DNA from: Eledone cirrhosa
Lineage: Eukaryota
Assembly (NCBI GenBank): GCA_964016885.1
Contig: OZ024741.1
Location: 90,644,001 to 90,708,000, forward strand
Direction of reading: 5' to 3'
Length of the DNA: 64,000 bases
In this document: in pieces, positions 32,700-43,414 of the stretch
Numbering within the stretch: position 1 is the first letter of the stretch
Layout: each line of letters starts with the position of its first letter
Position numbers and translations under genes: made by a program
The notes under the pieces: generated by a model
Seen by the model: the letters and a program-made list of their open reading frames with translations, nothing else
Told to the model about the DNA's origin: nothing
The model's database searches: none

Positions 32700-33492
32700 A
32701 TCGGTCGTAAGGTGTAGCAAATGGCGAAATGTTGAGTGAAATCGTATGGAACATGTGAGAGGTGTAAAAAATCGTATTTTGAAGAGTTAAACGGCTGCCA
32801 CGCCGTCCCTGACCAAAAAATGCAAAGTGTAAAGTTACTATAAGATGTGCAATGATAGGTTCTATCGTAGTATAAAAGTTGAACCAAATAAACTGATTTA
32901 TGTGTAAGGTGGAGCCGAAGTTTCGAATTTGAACGAAATCGGTTGAAAAATGTGGAAGCTAGAGCCGAAAAGGCGGAAATTTGAGCGAGAGGTGGTATTT
33001 TCGAATATTTAAGCGGCTGCCACGCCGTTCCTGAACAAAAAATCCAAACTGTAAAGCCACTTTAAGACGTTAAATAATCAGATCTAGCGTAGTGTAAAAT
33101 TTGAACAAAGTACGTTGATTAATGTGGGAGCTAGAGCCTAAAAAGTGGAAATTTGAGTCTAAAAGTGGTATTTTTTAATATTTAAGCGGCTGCCACGCCG
33201 TCCCTGAACAACAAATGCAAAATATATAGCTATTACAGGATGTGCAATGATCAATTATATTTTGCTTTAAAATTTGAACGAAATCGGTGGCAAAATGTGG
33301 GAGCTAGAGCCAAATATCTTATTTTTCGATACCTAAAAAAAGGTGATACGCTGATATATAGAAAACACTCCCCGATGACTAATCTATGAGCCTGTAAAGT
33401 TTCATGAAAATCGGTCGTAAGATGTAGGCCCCTATAGATAATACACAGACACACAGACACACACACATACTTAATTTTATATATATACAGAT
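32700..33492 (+). mobile_element. Non-autonomous Helitron/Helentron-like element with three internal ~170-220-bp repeats
   Basis: taa.cggctgccacgccg.cctga recurs at ~32790, 33010 and 33183. aaatttgaacgaaatcgg / aagtttcatgaaaatcgg motifs and a (CA)-rich subterminal tract resemble DINE-1/Lep1-type elements. The class call is inference. Confidence 0.4.
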
Positions 33493-33559
33493 ATAAGAAT
33501 GACTTCACTTGTAGTGTTATTGCAGGAAGGTATACGATGCTGACGATAGCTAATAAGCT

Positions 33560-33770
33560 TGAAACTAGTACATCGTTCCTGTGTCAGTGTTGAACAAAAA
33601 AGCGGCGATGGTTGCTAAACACTGTACGGCTTAATTCGGGCTGTTTGTTTGTTTACAAACAAACCGAGCATTATAATAAATGTTCGGTAAACCGATACGT
33701 ACATATATATATATGTGTGCATGTATGTATATATATATACATACTACTGTACGTCTGTATACATATATGT
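33560..33770. repeat. Interspersed repeat, second copy at ~49440-49640
   Basis: aactagtaca.cgttcct.tgtcagtgttgaacaa...accgagcattataataaatgttcggt is shared. Confidence 0.75.
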
Positions 33771-33840
33771 ATGTACGTATACATACATACTTACATGAGC
33801 CGTACTAAGAGTGAGAAATGAAATTTCGTTTCATTCTTTT

Positions 33841-33842
<2 letters not shown>

Positions 33843-33881
<39 letters not shown>

Positions 33882-33900
33882 AATGACTTCACTTGTAGTG

Positions 33901-33979
<79 letters not shown>
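33843..33979. repeat. (TA)n microsatellites with embedded inverted 21-mer
   Basis: Direct reading. Confidence 0.9.
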
Positions 33980-33980
<1 letters not shown>

Positions 33981-34636
33981 CACTACAAGTGAAATCATTA
34001 TTTTCCTTTTTTTCAAATATATATATATATTTGAAAAAAAAGGAAAAGGATGATTTAATTTTATAATATTATAATATTATAAAATTAAATAAAAAATTTG
34101 TTAACACTACAAGTGAAGTCATCCTTTTCCTTTTTTTCAAATATACCTAACTGTACCAAGGATGTCACACATTTTCCAATATGTGGCCTGATATGATTGG
34201 CCTGATATGATTTCCAGATATAAGGTATGACTCTCTTTATTATTATTTTTTTTTATATGAAATACTGATTGATCTTCCTTGTATCCCATGTCTGATTTAG
34301 CCTTAGAGAATAACTATGTGTGTATATGGGTGGTCCATACATGTATTTATTATGTTTTAATATCTCTGTGTGCATTGGTTGTGTATACATATAGTTACTC
34401 TTTTAATATCCAATTGAGTTCTTATACACGTGGTTAATACCTATCAGGTTTAAATGACCAGCGTGTATATTGTTTTATTTTAAGATGACCTCCCTTTACC
34501 CTTTTGGGGACAGCGTGTATTTTATCTTTGGGAGGACTGCTGGATTTTCTAATCTACCAGTCTCTTCTTAGCGCTGAGGGAGATCATCACCAATCTATTA
34601 ATGTCGATATAATTCTTATATCGATATTATTTGGGC

Positions 34637-34740
34637 ATCCACTGATGAGTGTATAAGAGCCCGCTTGTGTATAAAACTATGGATTATATACAAGTTTATC
34701 CCAAATTGTAAAAATCTTATAACGAAACGGCCGTCTGGAA
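34637..34740 (+). ncRNA. Type I hammerhead ribozyme with extended stem II
   Basis: TCCA-CTGATGA(34642)-GTgTATAAGA..TCTTATAAC-GAAAC(34724)-GGCC-GTC-TGGA; internal hairpin CTTGTGTATAA/TTATATACAAG. Confidence 0.85.
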
Positions 34741-34934
34741 GGAAAGAGATATTTATTTAATAATGTCTCATATAAAATAATACAACCAGCTATCCACGTA
34801 ATACTGATTAGTTAGCACCCCAAACACTAAATTGGGAAAATACTTTGGTATATCCTAATGTTTGTTGAGTGAGATGGAGTTGGTCAGAGTATCGCTTAAG
34901 GCTTTCTCTGTTTATGTATTGTATATATATATAT

Positions 34935-35450
34935 AAAGGTGAAGCTGGAAATAGCACGGAAATATATATTTTAGGGTCTGTTTTTCTTTTTTTACTTTCT
35001 TTTTCTTCAAAGTGACATTATTGAAAATATGACATTATTGAAAAAATGAGAGGGACAATTCTTTTTAAAAAGTTTTATAATGTATATAAAGCATATAAAG
35101 TATAACCGGTTTCGATGTATTAGTAAAATTCTTCTCATCAAATGTTGAGTATTGCAATTAAAAAGAATTAATAGGAATTAAAAACTAAAAATTAAATATT
35201 TTAAAATTAAGTGTGGAAGTAAGTTTTTTTTTTTAAATATTCAACATTTGATAAGAAGAATTTTACTAATACATCGAAACCGGTTATATTTTATATACTT
35301 TATATACATTATAAAACTTTTTAAAAAAGAATTGTCCCTCTCATTTTTTCAATAATGTCACCTTGACGAATCAAAGAAAGGAAAAGAAAGTAAAAAAAGA
35401 AAAACAGACCCTAAAATATATATTTCCGTGCTATTTCCAGTTTCACCTTT
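34935..35450. repeat. ~215-bp inverted repeat (fold-back Penelope-like terminus)
   Basis: 34935-35153 is the reverse complement of ~35237-35450; each arm carries a degenerate hammerhead core. Confidence 0.85.
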
Positions 35451-35495
35451 TCTCTATATCCACTGTTTTGTATAGAACCTTACTTACCTTTTCTA

Positions 35496-35688
<193 letters not shown>

Positions 35689-35769
35689 TGGCTCCCGGGC
35701 ATCTTGTCTTGAAAGTCCTCAGAATCCAACCTGCCAGTCGTCAGCACATTGTAATTTTGGTGATATGTG

Positions 35770-38550
35770 CATGAAACGATGCATCATTGCTCATGTCAAT
35801 ACTCAGGTCCGGTATTGATTTTGACTCGGGGATTTCGATTCCTTCTGGTCCAATGTACCTTTGTTATTGTGTTTGTGGTCCTGTGATCCTATGTTTGAGG
35901 GTTGATAACGCAGGGCTTGAAACTTACTATGTGCATTAAATTGCATATTGTTGCTTTTAGTTCATTCGTATATGGCATCTAAATGTTGTGAGAGTGTAAC
36001 ATCAGCCGGTTTCTCGATTGCCTGTGCTACTTTCGTGTCATCAGCATAACCAATGAGGGAGATTGTCCGTATTACAGAGGGCATGTCTCAGAGAGCCACC
36101 ACAAACAGTAAGGGTGCTTGTTATTGATGTTTCCTTTGAGAGGGCCGCGTTGGCTGCAACAATCTGACTTCTGTCTTTTAAGAAGTCATGAAACCATTCA
36201 CCTAGTTTTCCAGTTATGCCAAAGATACGTGACCAACCTTGTTGAAGGCCTTGGCAGAGTTAAGATATATCACATCCACGTTCGAATGGACTAACAGCTG
36301 TTTGATCCAGTCATAATACTGTAAGAGCTGCGTAAGGCAACTTGTACCCTGGCGAAAGCCATGCTGGGTGTCAGTTAGGAGACCATTTTTCTCTAGAAAT
36401 GTAATCAGTTTCTTTCTGATGATTCGTTCCATGACTTTACAGGTATGTGAGGTCAGGGAGACATCTGCTCTACCTTTTTTCTTTGTGTATTATGTTCTGC
36501 CTTCTTTTAGTTTTCGAGTAGTTTACCACTTGCAAGGGCTCTTTGGAAGAGGATCTGCAGTAGTTTTGCTTATGTTCGCTTGCATGGTTTTAGGAAGATT
36601 GCTGGGAAAGCATCAGTGCCAGCAGCCGAATTTGGTCTCATTAATGATTGATATTACAACTTTCTGCTTTATATCTTTATGGTTGATGGTTGCCATTTCT
36701 CTGTGTAATACAGTGGTGTTAAATAACTCATCTGGCTTATTTATTTGCATGTGTCTCATTGGAAGTGTGAAAACACTTTTTTGTTGCTCGTTCATTATTT
36801 TCCTTATTCCTAGGGATTTGCGGTCAGTGATCCACTTTTATGGGAACATTGACCCTATTCCGTCATGTACCGGGGCGGTGTCTTTTACAAATTTAAAGGA
36901 GGCCTTAAGGTTTTTCTTTATTTTTTCTGTCTCTTTCTGCCCTCTTCTTTTCATAGGAGGGTTCATTTTCAATTTCAAACAGTGCCTGCTCCAAACAGAA
37001 TTCCTTCTTGCTATTTACTTGTATATGTAGCTGATTTGAGATCTTTGTTCTCCTTCTCAAAGATTTTCCTGTCTCTGGGAATAATATGTACTTTCCGGGG
37101 CAAACTTAGAGCGTATGGCTTGTATTATTTTAATGAATTGATGAAGCTGCAAGTTGATAGACTGTCTCTCCAGTTTTGCTTCAGGATCTCACCCTGAATC
37201 TTTTTCCAGTTAGCTTTCTGGAAGTTGAAGCTGGATAGAGACCGAGTGCTTCCTGTCGGCTGCATATCTACAGTCTTTCTCGGACTATAAAATACTAGTT
37301 CTACTATGTTATGGTCCGAGAAAATCGTTGATGTCACTCTCATATTGTGGATGAGCTCCTTGTTATTTGTGAAGCAGAGATCCAGGATATTCTCAGCTCT
37401 GGTTGGATGCAGTACCATTTGTTCCCTGAAAAGTTTGTTTGTAAGATCCAACAAGGATTCTGTCTGCTTTTGTTCAGGCGCCATCATTCCTGAGAGGGGC
37501 TGGCCTACGGGCCATTTGACTTTGAGGAGGTTAAAATCTCTCAGCAGCAGGATGTCGAGACTCTGATACAAATTGATTAGCACTTCTTCAATCCTTCCGA
37601 AGCTATCTTCAAACTTGTCTTCATGTCTGGGAGCATCTGGTGGTCGATATGTGACATATTACCATTTTGAGTGGCTTTACGTGTATTATTAGACCTAGTT
37701 GGAATGTGAGAACAGTACTAATGGTGTGACACCATCATGGATGTACAAAGCAACTCCACTATGAGTTCTCACCCCCCTGTCAGTACGAAATACAACATAC
37801 TTTGGTATGTGTATTTCCACATTTGCTATGCTAGCTGTCAGGTGAGTTTCAGTTAGTGCCTTGCAAATTGTTTGATTGCTTGTGGTTAGGTCACTTACCT
37901 AGGGGATCTTACTCATGTTGATCAGTTTTACCAGGCCCCTGTCATTTGGTAGTAGCACTGGTGTGAGATTTGGAGTGTCAGTGGTGGCCGCTGATATGAT
38001 ATTTGCGTGGATATCAATGGTGGCCACTCTGTGTCCTTTATTTGTGGTGGTCGAGAATATTGGTGTAACTGACTTTGGCTTTGTATCTGATGTGGCCAAG
38101 TCAGCTGTATTGCTTCTGCATACTGTCCCCTCTTCATCGGGGCAGTATGTGCAACCATAGCATACTTCCTGGGCAGTGACCCTGTGTGCTGTGTTGTTTA
38201 CCCATCTTGACTTTGGCTGGAATATTTGAATCTGGGGTATGCAAAACTGCAGCCTGTCACAGCTATCCCGTTACCAGCAGGTCACGTTCTTGTAGAATTT
38301 AAAGAGTACTTGGGCTTTTTTATTTCCTGGGTTTCTGTGTTTCCTAGTTTTAGTCTTCTTTGCCTTAACATTTATCTACTGGTATCTTCTTGCCTGTTTA
38401 TTTTCATTTATGGGGGGTCCCCCCAGGGGTTCTTTTTTTTACCTTTGCCACATTCCAGTATTTCATTTTCTTTTATTTCACTGATTTTGTCTGCGTCGCA
38501 GGCCATCTCACTTTCAGCGGCTCTCAGATCATTCCAGGCATCACTGTGTC
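35770..38550 (-). mobile_element. Degraded CR1-like LINE (APE + RT remnants)
   Basis: Minus strand: PTRAENILDLCFTN, SDHN, QHGFRQGTSCLTQLL, DVIYL.SAKAFNKV, YADD (~36040). Many stops and deletions. Confidence 0.8.
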
Positions 38551-38603
38551 CTTAAGGGCTCGTATTATTATTTTTTTTGTCTTTTTGTCTTTTTTTGTCT
38601 CAA

Positions 38604-38797
38604 GGGCGGTGGATTGGCAGTATCGGTAGAGAGTCGGACACCATGCTTTGAAGCATAGAGTTACGTCCCTTTATGATCTGAGTTCAAATGCCGCCGAGGT
38701 TAACTTTGCCTTTCATCCTTACGGGGTCGATAAAATAAAGTACCAGTAATGTACTGGGTAATTGCTGGCCTTGTGCCTAAAATAGAAACAATTATTA
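38604..38797 (+). mobile_element. tRNA-derived SINE (family S1) with 23-bp TSD
   Basis: A/B boxes; ATTATTATTTTTTTTGTCTTTTT at 38564-38586 and 38791-38813. Confidence 0.9.
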
Positions 38798-39740
38798 TTT
38801 TTTTTGTCTTTTTCTTTCGTCTCCTCTGTGAAGGTATGGCTCAGCAGATCCATGTGTGGCCTAATGAACGTATAGGCGTGATTAAATTTGTACGTTTTTT
38901 GCTTAATCTGTGCCAATGTTCTCAAAAAGCCACAGCTTTTATGGATCTCCTTGATTAGCTTGTTTGACGGTGAACCACCGGCCAAGCTCCAAAATCACTG
39001 AAAATAATGAAAGAAAAAATAAAATAGAAATAAAACATTATTTACTTAAAGAAAAATCATCACAATGTATCGAACTTGGAGTAAATTAAATTATGAAAAT
39101 ATTACTTACTTGATGTTGATTCAAAATAATTACCATGAGGGGAAGATATATTTCAGAAATGTATCATATGAATAAAATACAGAAAAATACAGGCCGTACT
39201 TTCAAAATTCAGATCTTACATTAATGTGTATACTTTTACTTTACAATGCCGTGAAACTGGTTTTGAAACAAGGAGATAAGAGTTTTAAAGATTTTCGCAA
39301 GCGTAGAAAATAGCGACCACCGGTGACCAGCTTATTGTATATATATATATATATATAATAGAAGCTTTCACCGTATTTTTTGACTAAAGAAATTTTAGCC
39401 TGATAGTGGGGTTTAGAATACTCAGAGAAATGCAAAAAGATGAGTATTGACGTACATGGGAGTCGAACCCACATTATTTCTCTGAGGAACTGGAATTCCA
39501 GTCCCTCGGAGAAATAACAACACAACCAGGAGCTGGACATATCGATGTATTGACGGAGTAAAACACACTTCAACAACATGTGTACCTGTCTCTCCCACAC
39601 CAATTCGGATATATATATATATATATATATAATATATATATATATTATATATATAGTAATAATAATAAATTTGAAGACTAAAATCCAAAGAGGGCTCGAT
39701 AAGGATAAATATATATCAAATATATAAGAACCGTAGAGCA

Positions 39741-39890
39741 AATATTTATTAAAATAACAGATTAAAGTTTAAGCAAAGAATCGCTGCTTTCACCCTTAAC
39801 GGGATCTTCTGAAACTAGTTAGTTTCAGAATATCCCGTTAAGGGTGAAAGCAGCGATTCTTTGCTTAAACTTTAATATGTTATTTTAATA

Positions 39891-39896
<6 letters not shown>
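39741..39896. repeat. Near-perfect 156-bp palindrome (77-bp arms)
   Basis: Arms 39741-39817 / 39820-39896, two mismatches. Confidence 0.9.
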
Positions 39897-39942
<46 letters not shown>

Positions 39943-40421
39943 CGGTGCCCCAGCATGGCCTCAGCCGGAAGGCTGAAACAGGTAAAAGAATAGGAACCAG
40001 TAAGACCTCGACGGCTAATTCTGGACTAAATGAAAATTTATCCTGGTATATAAATAGCCGAGCTTCTCAAGGGATAATTCCATATATGGTCAAAGTGATT
40101 GTCACAAGGATTGGTCACAAGTTAGTAGTAATTCTGTGATGACAAATTAGTGGGGGAGAGGGTGGCTAAACCTGCCAGTAGGAGAAAAAGGGGAGGGGGT
40201 GGAGTAGACCAAATCATGCGTTGGTAGTGCCGGCTACAGCTGGGCATGAGGTCAAAGAAGATACTAGGGAGGGGGGGGGAAGTGAAACGGTAAGTAGAAC
40301 AATGAAGGGTAAAAATATATATATGAAAAAAAATACTGAGAGTGATAAAAAGCGAATAAATGTAAAGAAAAAAATATAAGCAATTTCTACGACCTAAGTC
40401 TCTAGCTATTGCTAGGCTAGA

Positions 40422-40487
<66 letters not shown>

Positions 40488-40976
40488 AATAAGGAAATAA
40501 AGAAATAAAAAAATAAAAAAATAAATAAATAAACTAGGTGGGACGGAATAGGAAAGGACCCTTTTAAGAGGTATAAGTACGTATATCATACGGTGACGGG
40601 TCAACAATGGGGGCCAAAATACTAAAGAAACTACCACGGAAATTAATAAAGGTTTCTACCCCGGGCACAAGGCCAGTAACCACCCAGTGCAGAAAAGTAA
40701 ACTAGTACGAGAATGATTCTGAGTCCCGAAAAAAATATACTAATGCTAACTCTAATGGTACCGCCATGCTACAAAAGTTCTTATACAAGCTACATGAAAG
40801 TTCGTACGAGGTAAAAGTAGAATACGGAAAAATAAATTCAGAATCCACCCCGCCCAAAAGAAAAGAGAAGAAAGAAATACTGAAACGAGAAATTAAGGCA
40901 TAGGTGCCACTAAGAAATATAGAAGGCACGGAAAAAAGGGGGAGCGGTCGGATAAGGGGGCAAGTATCCGAGGTCT

Positions 40977-41510
40977 CGTTTATCCTCCATATTGCTGAAC
41001 CATGAGATTACTTCCTGGGTGTTGATCCATAGGCAAAGTCGGGCGTGTTGCTTGAGTTTTGCTATCACGCGGTCTAGGATTTTTTTGCTGATTCTCCCTA
41101 TGTCGGACTTCGTTGGGTTAATAAGCCTGATAGAGGGTTTACGGTCAAAATCGGATAAGTGGTCCTTCAGTGTGAAGTAGGGTGTCCGTGGGTCTAGGGG
41201 TTCCGTGCGGTCGGCGACCCCGAGGTTGGAGGTAATTTGTTGTCCATCTCGATTTCTGTTCTCGTTGCATGAGTGGTTGGCCTTTTTATAGTGGTTGGCC
41301 TTTTTATAGGTGGAGTTTAGGCTGCTCCTGATCAGTGTGTGGTATCTGTCATGGTTGACAAAGTATAGGTTCCCAGTTTTATCCGAATGCACCATGATGT
41401 CATTGGTGTTATTATACTCTGTTAAGTTGCTACGGAGTTTTTGTAGGAATCGGTTGCGTCTGGGTTTGAATTTAATGTTCTTGACCAGTTGGAAGAGGTC
41501 ATTCTCGAAG
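40977..41510 (-). pseudogene. Penelope-like reverse transcriptase N-terminal fragment
   Basis: Motifs in ORF 40910..41395. Confidence 0.75.
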
Positions 41511-41816
41511 GGATACCAACATAGACATACCTTCCGAAACCCGGCCCGGCGTCACGCCACCACACTTTCGGGCCACATATGGGACCTCAAGGACAACAAC
41601 ATCACCTATGATCTCACTTGGAGATTACTGTCCAGAGCCAACTCTTACACGGGAGGACGCCGTCCGTGCAATTTATGCTCGGAGGAAACTTTACAAATGC
41701 TGTTTTCGACGGACCAACTCCTAAACAAGAAAGATGAACTGGTTACTGCATGTAAACATAGATTGCGTAGGACTTACCTCGCCCTCAAACCCCATAATGA
41801 CCCGGGAGGGGGGTAG
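41510..41816 (+). pseudogene. Penelope-like GIY-YIG endonuclease C-terminal fragment
   Basis: 3' half of ORF 41310..41816; homologous to 52478-52800. Confidence 0.75.
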
Positions 41817-42586
41817 ACTAGGGCTATAACACCCCACTTGCCGATTTTGTAATGGGTAACCCCTGCTTGCCAAGGGAGACGTAAGATCTTCTTTTTATTC
41901 TTTTATCGCTTCCTCTATATTTCCTTCTTCCCCCATCCCTCCCTAGTCCTTCTACCCCAGTTCTTTTTCTTTGTCGGCGTATTTTTCTCGCCCACCCGAG
42001 GCAGCCCTTTGGCCCCTTGTAGCCTCAGTACCCCCACCCCTCCCCTATTCTATGATAGATTTGGCGGACTCTGCTTTTTATAGCAGTTGTGTTAGACCTC
42101 GGATACTTGCCCCCTTATCCGACCGCTCTCCCTTTTTTCCGTGCCTTCTATATTTCTTAGTGGCACCTATGCCTTAATTTCTCGTTTCAGTATTTCTTTC
42201 TTCTCTTTTCTTTTGGGCGGGGTGGATTCTGAATTTATTTTTCCGTATTCTACTTTTACCTCGTACGAACTTTCATGTGGCTTGTATAAGAACTTTTGTA
42301 GCGTGTCGGTACCATTAGAGTTAGCATTAGTATATTTTTTTCGGGACTCAGAATCATTCTCGTACTAGTTTATTTTTCTGCACTGGTTGGTTGCTGGCCT
42401 TGTGCCCGGGGTAGAAACCTTTATTAATTTTCGTGGTAGTTTCTTTAGTATTTTGGCCCCCATTGTTGACCCGTCACCGTATGATATACGTACTTATACC
42501 TCTTAAAAGGGTCCTTTCCTATTCCGTCCCACCTAGTTTATTTACTTATTTTTTTATTTTTTTATTTATTTCTTTATTTCCTTATT

Positions 42587-42652
<66 letters not shown>

Positions 42653-43001
42653 TCTAGCCTAGCAATAGCTAGAGACTTAGGTCGTAGAAATTGCTTATAT
42701 TTTTTTCTTTACATTTATTCGCTTTTTATCACTCTCAGTATTTTTTTCATATATATATTTTTACCCTTCATTGTTCTACTTACCGTTTCGACTTCCTCCC
42801 CCTCCCCCTCCCTAGTATCTTCTTTGACCTCATGCCCAGCTGTAGCCGGCACTACCAACGCATGATTGGGTCTACTCCACCCCTCCCTTTTTCTCCTACT
42901 GGCAGGTTTAGCCACCCTCTCCCCCACTAATTTGCCATCACAGAATTACTACTAACTTATGACCAATCCTTGTGACAATCACTTTGACCATATATGGAAT
43001 T

Positions 43002-43095
43002 ACCCCTTGAGAAGCTCGGCTATTTATATACCAGGATAAATTTTCATTTAGTCCAGAATTAGCCGTCGAAACGGCTTGAGCTCAGCCGTCGGGGT
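43002..43095 (+). ncRNA. Type I hammerhead ribozyme, U3-A8 core variant
   Basis: ACCCC-TTGAGAA-G..CGGCTA[loop]TAGCCG.C-GAAAC-GGCT tgagctc AGCC-GTC-GGGGT. Confidence 0.7.
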
Positions 43096-43186
43096 CTTAC
43101 TGGTTCCTATTACCCACTCTACTACCCTAAGTATTGAGTACTTTGGTGCGTTATGGTCCACCTGGTTCCTTACCACATTTCCTTCG

Positions 43187-43187
<1 letters not shown>

Positions 43188-43224
<37 letters not shown>

Positions 43225-43271
43225 CTATTTCAGTATATATATATATACATATATATATATATACATATATA

Positions 43272-43358
<87 letters not shown>
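43188..43358. repeat. (TA)n microsatellite
   Basis: Direct reading. Confidence 0.9.
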
Positions 43359-43359
<1 letters not shown>

Positions 43360-43414
43360 CTATTTCAGTAGCAGCTGAATCTTCACACAGTTGAGATCTT
43401 TATAGACCATAGAT

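Larger units (their letters stand above)
39989..43188. mobile_element. Penelope-like element, rearranged, with ~1-kb inverted terminal arms
   Basis: 39989-40976 is the reverse complement of 42094-43111. Between them are a PLE RT N-terminus on minus (DKTGNLY, TLKDH, RLINPTKSDIGRISK) and a GIY-YIG C-terminal region on plus (HIWDLKD, CNLC..E, LLNKKDEL..CKH). Confidence 0.85.

Noticed and set aside
32780-33320. CRISPR-like repeat array
   Set aside because: Eukaryotic context; the intervening sequences are mutually similar, i.e. internal tandem repeats of a transposon.
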